Shown here piece by piece: positions 26,701-39,785 of a stretch of DNA of 64,000 nt. The position numbers and the translations under genes are program-made. The stretch spans positions 4,812,724-4,876,723 of the forward strand of contig MU054338.1 of NCBI GenBank assembly GCA_013239625.1, given 5' to 3'. The notes below the pieces were generated by a model, which saw nothing but the letters and a program-made list of their open reading frames with translations, made no database searches and was not told the DNA's origin. This DNA comes from Lama guanicoe. Lineage: Eukaryota. Each line of letters begins with the position of its first letter. Within the stretch, counting starts at the first letter, position 1.

Positions 26701-29049
26701 GTGCACCAACAGAGACAGGGCGGCAGTGGGGCCTGGGGGACAGCAGACAGGCCATCCAGAAGGTTCTTCTCCACCTTCTTCTGGTCGGCCTGCTTCCCAA
26801 GTGAGGGGGGAGGCTCTTTGACCAGCGTGTTTGTCCTGCAAAGATCTGTGGTTGTAAGAGGTCCTCCCAGGGGGGTGGGGTCCATGACGGACGACAAAGC
26901 AAGACAGGAGGATGGAGTCCCTTGTAGCCAGCGTTTGCGTGGGGGACAAGGGCCAGGGGATGAATGCGGAGGGCGAGGGGATGAGGCTCCCTGTGGCAGA
27001 GTCACCAGGAATGCTTTGCTTCTTAAACCAGAGATTTGGGGTGAAGAGAAAGGCCACGGCCCTCCCTGAAGCCGAATCCGAAAAGTGGGGCCAGGGAGTC
27101 TGACCTTCAAAGCAAACTCCCCTCCAGGCTGATGTCTGAGAGCCAGTCCCGAGCAGGGCTCCACCCGGGTCTTCCGAGGTCATCTGAGGAGGAGGACCCT
27201 CCGCCCAGGCAGCCCTCCAGGTGGGAGCCTTCCCCGAGGGGAGGTGCCCCCGGGGGCTGCCGTGGCCTCACACAGCCGGCTGCTGCGGTGGGGCGAGGGC
27301 GGGGAGGAAGGCTGTGGTTTCTGCAGGGCACACCCAGGCCTGCTGCTTCTGCCCAGCCCCTGGTGCCAGCGCGGCCACCAGGTGGGTTTCAGGCACCCTG
27401 GGGCCTGGGAAAGGGGTCTGGAGCAGCCAGGAGGGGGTGGATTTGGAGTGGACAGCTGGGGCCAGAGAGGACGGAGCTGGCGAGTTAGGCTGGGGGTACG
27501 TCGGGGGAGGCCTTGAATGCTGCCCTCAGAGGCCTGACTCTCCACGGAGAGCTCCGCTGGCCCGGCCGCCTGCAGTTTGGGGGAAGGGCCTGACAACCAG
27601 TGGCAGCCGAGGAAGCGCTGCCCCTGCTCTCGGCCACCCCTGAGCTAGCTCAGCCCCACCGTGCGTGAGTCCCTCTGGGGGGGCTTCCTGGCAGAGGCAG
27701 GCTTTTTGCTGGACCTCGAAGCGCCGGTGGAATGTCAACTGCAGACCCATCAGAGTGTCTGGTCTGGGCCATTTCCCACATGCCCCCCGGGCCCCTCACC
27801 CCTGCCCAGAGCTAAACACCTGCCAGCGCTCCGTGCTGTTACTGCGATGACAGGATGTCTGTGTCGGCCAGTCGTGGGCTCACACCCCAGCTCCCTAGCC
27901 TCTGTGTGGCTGTAGGCAAGTGACCTCACCACTCTGGCTTTTTGCCTGCTCCTCCGTAAAAGGGTTGTCGGAGACCTTGCATGTGAAATCATGACCCGGT
28001 GCCCAGCGTGCAGTGGGCGCTTCGGAAACATGGTCAGCCGTGCTCATTCTCTCGTATTCTGTCCCTGTCCCGAAGGCTGGCTTCCCTGAGCAGCCCCCCC
28101 TCCAGGCCACATGCGTGCATCCTTGGAGACTTTCTGTGGCACCCCAAGGAAGAGGGGTGAATGGTGGGTCTCAGCCTCTATCCAGCATGCGGGGTGGGGC
28201 TTTGGAAGAGTGCCAAACAGAGATGGCCACCACCTCCTTGGACTCTGCTTGAGGTTGGCTCTTCCTCAAGAGGGGTGGGGTTTCAGCATCCGCAGGAGGG
28301 TGGGAACACAGCAATGGGGTTCACTTTGGAAGATCCCTTGGGACCCCCCCATGGAGAAGCAGCTGGATTGAAGGGGAGAGACTGGGGACTGGGAAACTGT
28401 CTCAGGAGGGGGTGGTGGCCAGACCAGGTCAGGGCAAGGAGGGCACAGACTGAGGGGAGGACAGGGGACAGGACCTGGGGACTCTGGTGGCTCTAGAGAG
28501 GGTCTGTGTCGTTAGGGAGTCCAGGACAAGGTGCTGATTCCTACTTGAATGATGGGCTAGGGATGGGGGCTGATTGGTTGATTTCAGAATAGGCTGTGTT
28601 TGAGATGCTGGTTACTTAACTGCCTTGCGTCTCAGTTTCCTCATCTGGACCATGGGGGTGAGGGAAGCGCCACTACCGTCATCCTGCCACGGCTGTGAAG
28701 GCTGAATGAGCTACTGCTGTAAAACCTTTGGACCGGTGCCTGGCGCACTCAGAGGCTCTGGTCAAATGTGAGCTTGCGTTGCTATTACTTCATCCCTGGG
28801 CTTCAGGCTGGCATGACCCCACCCCTGGTCCCCTAGTTGGCATCCCTCCCAATGCCTATCTTCTTACCTGTTCCCACACCTGCCCACCTGGACTCCAGGC
28901 TCACACAGTCTTCCAGAATCCTGCCTCTCCCCACCAAGAGGCGGGTCAGGGTGGAGCCCCTTCTGCCTGGACCTGGGCTGCTTCCACCTGGATCTCTCTC
29001 TCTCCTTCTCTCTTTCTCTCTCTCTTTCTCCCTCTCTCTTGACATGCAC

Positions 29050-29383
29050 CTTGGGAGCCCTGAGCCTCTAGGAGAGGATTCCTTGAGGATGACATACAGG
29101 GGAGACAATAACAAAAGACCACATAGACACCTATAAAGAGAAAACTGAGGCACCCCAGCTGTTGGAGCCTTCCCAACCATGTGAGCAAAGATGCCTTGTA
29201 GATGGCCCAGAGCCCACGCATGCCTGGCTAGGATCTCATGAGCAGTCCTATGCCAGAACCACCCAGTCAGGCCATTTGCAAATTCCTGTCCCATGGAAAC
29301 CTTGAGAAGTAATGAAAGATGGCTGCTGTTTTAATCCACTAGGTCTTGGGGTGATTTGAGATACAGCAGTAGACAACCAAAAC
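29050..29383 (+). mobile_element. MLT1-type LTR
   Basis: ends with gctgttttaatccactagg...ggggtgatttg...cagcagtagacaaccaaaaca, the MLT1 3' terminus. Confidence 0.65.
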
Positions 29384-30373
29384 ACCCTGCCCTGCACCCC
29401 AAAACGTAGTCCCTTAAAGCCACAGCCACACATTTAGCTCATGGTTTTTCTCCTTCCAGGTTTATTGAGATACAACTAACCTGCAGCACCGCATAAGTTT
29501 AAGGTGTGCAGCGTAACGATCCGTCCTGCATACAGCACGAAATGATTCTCACACTGTTTCGTGAACATTCATCATTTCATAACAGATACAAAGTTAAAGG
29601 AATAGAAAAAAATTTTGTGCGTGGTGAGAACTCTTAGAATTTACTCTTTTAACAAGAGTAAGGTGAGGAATGCAAACTTAGAGCACAACAGAGGAGGTGA
29701 TTTTTTTAAACCTCCCTGAGCTGTTCTCTGGATTTCTACATATGCGCCTGGCTGTTTGTATATAACTGCCTGTTTTTGCATGTGTGCGTGTGAACGTATG
29801 TCCAGCTGTTTGCGTGTTTGTGTCTGCCATTGTCTCCACGCACTGGAGAGTGTGTTTGGTGGGTGTTGGTTGAATCGAGTGTGTGTCTTTCTGTGAGTGA
29901 AAGATTTGGGGCCACCTACTCATAATAAGATAGCGGAGGTGGTGAAGGGGGAGCAGACGGGATCCCTAGGGCTACTGGAGAGAGCATGAAGCGGCCAAGG
30001 ACGGAGCCCTGGGGACACAGAGTTTACAGGTCACGCAGAGAAAGGAAGAGGAGCCAAGTCAGGAAAGGAGACTGAGAAGGAGCGGACAGAGGAAGAAGCA
30101 GTGTGGGAGAAATAGATTTCAAGAAGAGAGTGTCCAGTAAAGGTGAGACTGAAAAGTGCCCGTTAGATTTAGCCCCGGCGAGAGCTAGAAGACTTGAGGA
30201 GATGGAAATAAGACTTCAGAGACTGGTGGAGTCGAGTAGGTGTGTGCAGGTGAAGACAGAAGTGTGGGTAACTCTTTGAGAAGGGAGGGTGGAGGCTGAG
30301 AATTCCCTGAGGAGAGAAGGGACAGTCAGGAATCTTTCAGACACTAATGGAAATGCACGAAAGGAGGCTTCCA

Positions 30374-30390
30374 CCACCAGGGGGCAGCAC
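30374..30390 (+). promoter_or_regulatory. CTCF motif
   Basis: CCACCAGGGGGCAGCAC. Confidence 0.6.
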
Positions 30391-30629
30391 GTGTATGGAC
30401 AGGCGCTGGTCGGCAGGCACACAGAGACACAGACGTAAAGACAGAAACACGCAGACACAAAGAAACCCAGGCAGACGCCAAAACCTCCTCACAGATACCA
30501 GAAGCAGATCTCCCCAAGCCCCAGATGGGTGTGTAGATCCAGCCCCCCAGAGACTGCGCGCGCGCGTGCGCACACACACACAAACACACACACACACACG
30601 AGGATCACAGAGATTTTTAAAACCCCTGA

Positions 30630-31165
30630 AATCATATCATTCAGCCATTTAGAAAAGGAAAGCTTGCCATTTGCCACAACATGGATGGACTTAGAAGGCA
30701 TTATGCTAAGTGAAATAAGTCAGACAGAGAAAGTCAAATTCTATGTGAGCTCATTTATCTGTGGGATCTAAAAAAATAGCAACAACTAGACTCATAGAAA
30801 AAGAGACCAGGTTTGCGGTTACCAGAGGCAGAAAGGTGGGGCCGGGGGCACTGGATGCAGGTGGCCAGAAGGGACAAACCTCCGGTTTATAAGATGAGTA
30901 AGTCCTGGGGGTGTAAAGTGCAACACGGTGCCTGGAGGTAACACCTGCTGTGCCGTGTGTTTGAAAGTTGCTAAGAGGGTAATTCCTAAGAGTTCCCACA
31001 GGAACAACAACAAAAAACCTTTTTTTTTTTCTTTTTTCGTATCTATACGAGATGATGGGTGCTAACCAAACTCGCCGGGCTGGTCATTTCACAGTACCTG
31101 TCAGTCAGGTCATCATGCGGCACACAGGGCTGAATGTCAGTGATGGCTCAATACACTGGGGAAGA
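30630..31165 (+). mobile_element. L1 3' end
   Basis: ccatttgccacaacatggatggacttagaaggcattatgctaagtgaaataagtcag. Confidence 0.8.
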
Positions 31166-31651
31166 AACACTTAAATGCTTATTTATAGCCCCCCTCCATA
31201 GACAAGTTGGCACTCAAGACTTGAAAACACACGCTTGTGCTGGCACACAAATGCACGCCCAAGCACAGAGACAATGACTCACACACACACACAAGCACTC
31301 AGACACTCGCGTGTACCCGGGCCCACCTAGGATTCAGTCTGTGCTTGTTTTCTGAGGACCCCCCCCCCACTGTGCCCTTCGGCTCCTCCTGGGAATGTCT
31401 CGTCCAGCCAGGGTGAGAGCCCCAGAGGGCCGGGGAGGTGGGGGTAGTGCTAAGGGCTTGGCCTCCCCCAAAGCTGGAGTCCCCGGGGCCCCTCTGCCCC
31501 GGCCCCAAGCTCCCGTCAGCTGATGCAGCTGGCAGGCCCTGCCAGCAATCTCCGCCCCTCTTGCTGGCAGCCTGGCCTGGCAGGGATTCCCAGCCGATTG
31601 CCTTCTTCATCCTGCTGTTCACTCACTCACACTCTCACACACTCGGCCCCC

Positions 31652-31727
31652 ATGGCTAGCTCGGCACTCAACCACTCCTGGCCAGCCCTCTCCAAGCTCT
31701 GGCTGAAGCGATGGGCCTTCAAGAGAG
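31652..31727 (+). CDS. ARHGEF18: candidate alternative coding first exon of ARHGEF18 (MASSALNHSWPALSKLWLKRWAFKR-G)
   Basis: cccATGG start, 25 codons + 1 nt, strong donor GAG|GTAAGG; phase 1 joins in frame to exon 39786 with no stop. Confidence 0.55.
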
Positions 31728-33479
31728 GTAAGGGGGCAGGCAGTGAGCCGCAGGCACCAGCCACCCGGGCAGGGCTCCCTGGACAGCCTGCCCACTGTGC
31801 CATCTCGCGCCTTCCCTAAACCCCGGGCACAGGCTCTGCCTGGGCCAGCCCCAAATCCCATGATCTCTGGCTCCTCAGGGCCCCCACAGAACATCACGGA
31901 CTTGTGGGGTTCCTCTTATCGCAAGGAGACATCTCTCCAGGCTCAGCCAGGAACTGGTCTCAGGAGGTAAATTTGCCGCCCTGGGGCAGCCTGGTGGCCT
32001 CCTGCGGGGCTCCCGCTGCTGTTCGCTCCCGGATGGCTGCCGGACAGAGGCACAGGGAGGCAGCAAGAGGAAGGGGTTCTAGCAGACAACTCTCTTGAAC
32101 ACACACACGTTGGCTAGTAGCCCTCCTGCGTCCCGGGGCCTCAGTTTACCTCTGTGGGGGCTGGAGAGGCCCTTTTATTATATCCCCCAAGGCCTGGGTG
32201 AATTGCTTTCAGAAAAAGATACTTCTTAAATCTCAGCAGGAGTCTTTGAAGACAACAAGATGGTGCCCAAGGCTACAGGGCGTGAGGGATAGTGTGATAA
32301 GAGCCCCCAGTACTCCCTGCAGAAGCTGAGTATGTGTCCATGAGTGAGTTTCCATGCAGGAGGGGAGCCGATGAGAAGATTCATTTGCTTGTTCATTACA
32401 CACACTCTGGCTGAGAACCTATTGTGTGCCAGGCACTGTGCTAGAGGAGACAGGAATACAGGGGAGCTGGAGGCTGGGGCTGGGGAGACAGAGGGCGACC
32501 TGGGGGTTGGGATGCAATGGAAGGGAGGTCGTAATGGTGAAAGTTGCTGCCAGTTGTTGAGCCCTTGGGAAGCTGGGCTCAGAGAGGATGCGTGATGAGC
32601 TCAAGGTCACACAGCAAGCACACACTGAAGGAGGCGGGATTTGAAACCGGCTCTGTTCCAAGGTCACCTTTGTGGTGTGTTCTAACCAGTGAACAAAGCT
32701 GCCAGGGTGGGCAGCTGGAGGGCTTAGGGAGGCTTTTTGCCCCACCAGTGGATGGCAATGCGAGAGAATTAGTGCATCGACCTTGGACCACCAAGGTGTC
32801 CACCTGGGTCCCAGGTCCTTAGGAAGGTCTGCGCACTCCTGCCTGCCCAGCCCACCCTGCCTCCCTGCCCGGGCAGGTTGAGGCTTTGATTTACAGACTG
32901 GCAGGTAGGGAGAGTGAGTTGTGGGAACCAGTGGTGACTCTTAAACCCTTTTATGGCTGGTGCTGTGGGGGCTGCTAGTGGAAGAGGCTGCCTGGAACCT
33001 GAATGCAGGCTGATAGGCGGCTCCTTAGAGAGAAGCGTAGAGGTGGGGAGCAGAGAGTGACTTCGTAACAGCGTCCTTACAGTCTTGAGCATTGGAGGAA
33101 GAAGGGCCTTTTTGTGCCCCTTTTAAGCATCTCTCCTGGGCACCTGATGGGACCTCCTGGGGAAAAGAATGGAGTGGATCTGGGGAGGCAGACAAGGCTG
33201 GGGAAGAGGGACTGGGACCTGCAGTGAAGTCCCTGGTCAGGGCCCCACTGCCTCTTCCCCTCAGTTATTCCAACTACCATTCTGGCTACACTTTTTCCAC
33301 TCATTCCCTAGGATGTAACAAGTGTGTATATACTGAGCGCCTTCTGTGTCTCAACTTGGTTTCCTTCTTGTATGGCTTCTCTGCCACAATTCTGCCTCCT
33401 TTCATCTACATTTCTCCCCTCATTTCCTCAGAATGCCATCTCCCAAATGTAATGGCTCACTGCCACTAGGTCACTGCCA

Positions 33480-34110
33480 CTCCATTTATCCCAACTATCC
33501 ATCCATTCATCCATCCATGCATCTACACATCCATCCATCCATTCATTCATCCACTCATTCATCCATTCAACCAGCCAGCCAGCCAACTATCCATCCATGT
33601 ATCCATGTATCTATGCATGCATCCATCCATCCATCCACCCATCCACCCATCTAACCATCCACCCATTTAACCATCCAACTATCCATCCATCTAAACATCT
33701 ACTTGTCCACCCATCTAACTAGCCAGTCAGCCAACTATCCTGGGAATTCACTGCAGGTCCCAATCCCCCTTCCCCAGCCTTGTCTGCCTCCCAAATCCAC
33801 TCCATTGTTTTCCCATAGATCAATGCATTTGTGTATCCATCCATGCATCTAACCATCCATCCATCTATCCATCTAACCATCCATCCATCCATTCATTTAA
33901 CTATCTACCCATTTAAACATCCATCCATCCAATCATCTACCCATTTATCCATCCAACCAGTCAACCAGACAACTTTCCCTTCAGCTAGCCAGCCAGCTAA
34001 CCAACTATCCAACCATCTAGCCATCTACCCAACAATCCATGCATTCATCCATCCAGCCATCCACCCTTCTATCCAACCGTGTATTCACCCATTTACCCAT
34101 TCATCAGCTC
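33480..34110. repeat. degenerate (CATC)n simple repeat
   Basis: direct reading; complementary (GATG)n at 40110-40280. Confidence 0.9.
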
Positions 34111-34417
34111 ATCACAGGATAGCTTTGTGGTTATGAGCCCTTGCTTTGGAGTAAGAAATACCTGGGTTCACATCCCAGTTCTGCCTCCTGCCAGTCTGCT
34201 GCGACCTTGGGCAAGACAGTACGTCTCTCTAAGCCTCACTTCCCCTTCCGTAATGTGGGAACTCAGAAGGATAGAGTACGCAAAGTGCATGACAGGTTTA
34301 GCACGAGGCAAGGCATATTGGAATTGATCAACACACATAAGATTTTACCACTTGGAACCTGGGATGTAAAAGTGGGTTGGATACAGTACCTGCCTTCGTG
34401 GACCTCATAGTCTGGAG

Positions 34418-34620
34418 CGGCGGTCAGGAAACTTTTTCTGTGAAGGACCAGAGAGTAAATATCTTCAACTTTTCGGGTCATACGATCTCTGATGCAACTA
34501 CTGAACTCTGCTGTTGGAACACGGGAAACAGCCGTAGACAAGACGCACACGCGTGGGCATGGCTGTGTGCTACTAAAACTTTATTTACAAAATCAGGTGT
34601 TAAGCCAGACTGGCCTGTGA
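34418..34620. mobile_element. MER58-like DNA transposon
   Basis: aactttttctgtgaaggaccagagagtaaatat...aaaactttatttacaaaa. Confidence 0.7.
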
Positions 34621-35454
34621 AATCCCAGCCTATAAGTGAACAAGTAAGCCAGTGGAAGTACAGCAGGCAGTGGGAAGTGGTTGCAGATCAACCCGGTGTC
34701 CTCTGGTTGAGACTGTCTGCAGAGGATCAGAGCCTTTGGGAAAGGATGGTGGGGACAGCCAGAGGCACGCAGGAGAATGGTGAGCGGGGGCTCGTGCGTG
34801 AGGGGGCTTTGAGAGGGTAGACTGAAGAGGGTTCAGAATGTTGTTCTGAGGGAACTGGGGTCTACGGGGTGGGGAGCAGAGGAAGGGGAGTGGCTCTCTG
34901 AGATGCTGTGCCAGGAAGACTCACCAACCACCGGGGCAGAAGATGGCAGCTGGGGTGCACTGATGCTTGTGGCCGGCAATTCTGCAGGAAAACCTCCACA
35001 AGAGCTGCTGCTGTGTAGAGAGAGCAATAATGCAGGCTGATGTTAAGACGGTGGCAGAGGCCAAAAGAAGAGAGGGTGGAGCAGAGAAATTTCATGGGGG
35101 GGTGAAATTGATGGGGCTGGTGTCCTGAGGGGCAGTGAGGAAGTGAGGCTCGTCTCCAGGTTTCTCGTGGGCTCACTGGGAAGACAGTATAGCCACACTG
35201 ATGTGGGGGCACAGAAGGAGGATGGAAAACAATGAGTTTGTTCTTAGCAGCTTGAAGTTGGCGTATGGGTGGGAATATCAGGCAGGGATGACCAGAGGCC
35301 ACTGGAGACAAAGTCTCAAGCTTTGGAGAGATAATCTGTCCCCAGAATCAGAGCTCAGTGTGCAACAGCAGAGTCAGGGCCTGGGATCAGGGTTCAGTGC
35401 ATGACCAGGGTTGGGGTTCAGCTTGTGGCACTAGGATGGAAATTCAATCCATGT

Positions 35455-35584
35455 CACCAGGATCAGGGCTCAGTCGATGACACCAGGATCAGGGCTCAGT
35501 CAATGACACCAGGATCAGGGCTCAGTCTATGACACCAGGATCAGGGCTCAGTCTATGACACCAGAATCAAGGTTCAGCCTATGA
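35455..35584. repeat. 26-bp minisatellite, about 5 copies, with degenerate flanks (35340-35690)
   Basis: unit CACCAGGATCAGGGCTCAGTCNATGA at 35455, 35481, 35507, 35533, 35559. Confidence 0.9.
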
Positions 35585-36194
35585 CCCTGGGAAACGGCCT
35601 CAGTCTGTGACACAAAGATTGGGCCTCAACATGGGACACAGGGATCAGGTTTGAGTGTGTCATCAGAGTCACACTCAGCCTGTTCCTGGGTCAGAAGCTT
35701 CCAGGGAAAGAATAAACTCAGCCCTGGTCTTCCACCTTTAGCCTTTGTATTCCAGGCCTGCAGGGTGGCAGGTGTAAGGCATGAGGTTCTGCCTTTGGCC
35801 TCTACAGGCTGTGGGAGGCCTCAGGCCTCCATACAACCCCTGCCTAAGAAAGCAGGGAGACCCTGCAGCCTCTCCTGAGGCCCCCTGGGGACTTGGCTAA
35901 GGGATGGGACTGTCTATCCAGGTGGCTTCCCCTCCCCTTCCCAGCTCCCATCAGCCTCCAGGACCCACCCCCACGTCTGGTTTTTCTCCTCCTTCACAGC
36001 CTGCTTGTTTTGTTCCTACATTTCCCTGAGTCATAGATGCTGCCTTGGCTTCCGGGTGGGGAAGACGGGAGATGCGAGGCTTAGCGAGGGCAGCAGAACA
36101 GGGTCACTCAACCAGCCTGTGAAAGCAGTGATGGTGGGAACCATGGCACTGTCATGCACTGTGGCAGGCCAAGGGCGTTAAGGCTCACTTAGCT

Positions 36195-36880
36195 TTATTT
36201 TTTCTTAATCGAACTATAGTTGGTTTACAATATTGTGTTAGTTTCAAATGTACAGCAAAATGGTTCAGTTAGATATATATTCTTTTTCATTATAGGTTAT
36301 TGCAAGATATTGAATATAATTCCCTGTGCTGTACAGTAAATCCTTGTTGTTTATCTATTTTATATAGAGTGGTGTGTATCTGCTAATTCTATACGCTTTT
36401 TTTTAAATTGAAGTGTAGACAGTTTACAATGCTGTGTTAATTTCTGGTGTACAGCATAGCGATTCAGTTACGCATATATGTACATATATATTCCTTTTTC
36501 ATATTCTTTTTCACTATAGTCTATTACAAGGTACTGAATATATCTCCCTGTGCTGTACAGTAGGACCATGTTGTTCATCTATTTTATATATAGTAGTCAG
36601 TACCTGCAAATCCCAAACTCCCAATTTATCCTTCCACCCCTCTCTTTCCCTTCTGGTAACTATAAGTTTGTTTTCTATGTCTGTGAGTCTGTTTCTGTTT
36701 TGTAAATAAGTTCATTTGTGTTCTTTTTTTAGATTCCACATATAAGTGATATCCTACAATAGTTGTCTTTCTCTCTGTGACGTAGTCCACTTAGTATGAT
36801 GCTCTCTTGGCCCATCCACGTTGCCGCAAATGGCATTGTTTCATTCTTTTTTAAGAAACCTCCAAACTGTTCCATAGAAG
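36195..36880 (-). mobile_element. two adjacent young L1 3' ends
   Basis: T tails at about 36195 and 36396, each followed by the same L1 3'UTR as 226-720. Confidence 0.75.
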
Positions 36881-37092
36881 GCTCACTTATCTTGAAGTAA
36901 ATGGAGCTGAAGCCTCATGTGCATCTGCCCCATCAAAGCTCTGTAAGGGGCCTCAGCATACAATTCACACATCAGACAATTCAGCCATTCAAAGTATCCA
37001 GTTCAATGGTTTTTAGAATATTTGCAGCCTTGTGCAACCATCACCATAATCAATTTTAGAACATTGTCATCACTCACAAGAGAAATCTTTAT

Positions 37093-37570
37093 GACTGGAT
37101 AAAGAAGTTGTGGTATATTTATACCATAAAAAAAGAATAAAATAATACCATTTGCAGTAACATGGATGGACCTGGAGGTCATCACTCTGAATGAAGTAAT
37201 CCAGAAAGAGAAAGAAAAATACCAAAAGATATCACTCCTATGTGGAACCTAAAAAGGAAAAAGAGGACAATAATGAACTCATCTACAAAATAGAAACAGA
37301 CTTACAGACATAGTAAACAATCTTATGGTTACCAGGGGAAAGGGTTAGGATAAATCTGGGAGTTTGAGATTTGCAGATGTTAACCACCATATAAAAAATA
37401 GACAAAAAACAAATCTCTTCTGTTTAGCACCGGGGACTATATTTGGTATCTTGTAATAACCTTTAATGAAAAAGAATATGAAAATGAATATATGGATGTA
37501 TGACTGGGGCGTGATGCTGCACACCAGAAATTGACACGTTGTAACTGACTATACTTCAATTAAAAAAAAT
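37093..37570 (+). mobile_element. young L1 3' end nested in an older minus-strand L1 (about 36960-38020)
   Basis: TSD AGAAATCT(T/G)TAT at 37081 and 37571; A tail. Confidence 0.8.
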
Positions 37571-39785
37571 AGAAATCTGTATCCTTCAGTTACCATCCCA
37601 TAATTCCCCATTTCTCCCCAGCCATAGATCATCACTCACCTACTTTCCGCCTCTAGAAATTCATCTACTCTGGACATTTCTTATAGGTGGAATCACATAA
37701 CATGTGGTCTTTTGTGACCAACTTCTGCTACATAATGTCTTCAAGATTCATTCATGTTGTAGCAGTGTCAAAACTCCATTCCTTATTGTGATCGGATAAT
37801 ACTCTATTGTTGTACATTTTGCATAGCCATTTATCCATTTATGGAAACCTGGGCTGTTTCCACTTTTAGGCTAGTAAAAATAATGCTGCCAAAAACACTC
37901 ACGTGTAAGTTTTCAGGTGGCCCTAAGCTTTCCATTCTCTTGGGCAAAGACCTGGGAGTGGAATGGCTGGGTGGTGTGCCAACTTTTTAACTTTTTAAGG
38001 AAGTTCCAGAATGTTTTCCAATCTCCTTGTGTGTTTTATGCATGCACGCATGTGCACATGTAACATATTTCCATTTGTCTGCTTATCAAACGTGTTTATT
38101 TCTGCCTGGGCTGTCTTCTGCTTGTTCTCGTGACTTCCCAGAGATGCAATTTTCCACTCAGAATTTTGTATTCTTTTTCTTAAAGAAGGCCCCTAAATTA
38201 TACAGGTGTCAGAATTGGGGGCAGGGTGTGTACGTTCACGGCTGGGACGAGAGGGAACGTGAGTGGGTACAGACAGCTCGCCTGCCATCGGGATAAAAAG
38301 GGACATCATTAACACTTCCCTCCGCCAGCAGCGATGGTGACAGGAAGGGCAGCCACAAAAATGTGTCACCCAATCCACACTCTTTGGAGGGTGAAGGGTG
38401 CTGGATGGGTACGGTTAATCGTTACTTGTCTCAGTAGCATAAACCAGGACTGTCCCCAGCATACCAGGACATGGGGTCACCCAGCCATAGGGGATTCAAG
38501 CTAAGGAGTGAATGAGGACCTACTGGCACTTTGTCCAAAGGCATAGCTCTCCCGTCCCCACCCCCATGTCGGCCCCTCCTGGAGCCGCTATGGCTCTTAC
38601 TGCGAACGTGCTGCTCAGTCTCTCCATGTATCTCCCCAGCAGTCTCCTTGCCTCCACCTTCACCCACCTCCTCTAGCCTCTCTCCTCACCCCCCTGGTTT
38701 CAGCAGAGCCCAGGATGTCTTTGGAGGGGGCCGTGGTGTGAAGGAGTCTAGATGTCGAGGCGATGCAACGTGGTGCGCATGAAAGAGGCACTGATAGTGG
38801 AGGGTGGGCGGAGATTTGTGGAGCCAATAGGATGAGTCTTCAGGGAGGCGGTCCTAGAACAGAAATGGGGGCTCTTAGGCAGTGTGTCCTGCAGGAGCAG
38901 GGACAAGGTACAGAAGGAAGATCCTGCTGGATGTCAGTGGCTGGACCAAGACATTCGACCTTTTTCCTGCAGGCGGTGGGGAGTCTCCGAGGGGACTGGA
39001 ATAGGCAGGGGTGACGTGCTCCAGCTGCAGTGTAAGGGGCAGAGGAGGGGGCACTTGTTTCTCCCACAGGAAAGGGCTCAGCTCAAGACCTGAGGTCAAG
39101 CCAGGGCACCCTCCTGACCTGGAGGGCAGGGAAGGTGGCCAGGTCTGGCCAAGCATCCCAGGATTGAGCGCCATACAACCTGGGTCCTGAAAGGTGGGCT
39201 CCATCATATCCACCTTTCAGGTGAGGAAACTGAGGCTCAGAGAGGTGCCTCCCCGAAGGTGTGCAGCCATTAGTGGCAGGTCCAGGCCAGGACATGGTCT
39301 GATTGACCCCAAAGCCCTGTTTTCTCCTCTATGCTGTGCCACCCCGAGGTCCCTGGAACTCAAAGTACAATGTAGGGGCAGAGGCACCATCAGAGACCCT
39401 CTACAGGTGGACACTGGGTCCTTGCATTCGGCCTTAGGGGCCCATTCTGTCAAAGGAGGGCTTTTTACTACAGCAGACATGGCAAATCGATTTCAACTCC
39501 TGAGCCAACTGGGATCAGCAGGAGATAGCTGCCTGGAAATAGTGTGCTGGGGAGAACTCCGGCAGGAAAGAGCCTTGCGATTGAACAGAAAATTTGCTGC
39601 GGGCTCCGGATGAGCAGTGGGAAGCGGTGGCATGTATGTTGGCTTAGAGATCATTGAAACCATCCTCCTCCACCACCCCATTTTAGAGACGAAAAAACTG
39701 AGGCCAGGGGGAACAGTGGCAGATGCAGAATCAGGCCTCCCAGATGAGCCCTGACATCTTGTCCCTTCTTCTCTCCCACCCGCAG

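Noticed and set aside
31860..31970. second ATG-donor segment (MISGSSGPPQ...GAG|GTAAAT)
   Set aside because: Phase 2, out of frame with exon 39786; no other support
35455..35584. CRISPR-like array (also 49676-49783)
   Set aside because: Head-to-tail repeats without unique spacers, in a mammalian genome with no cas genes
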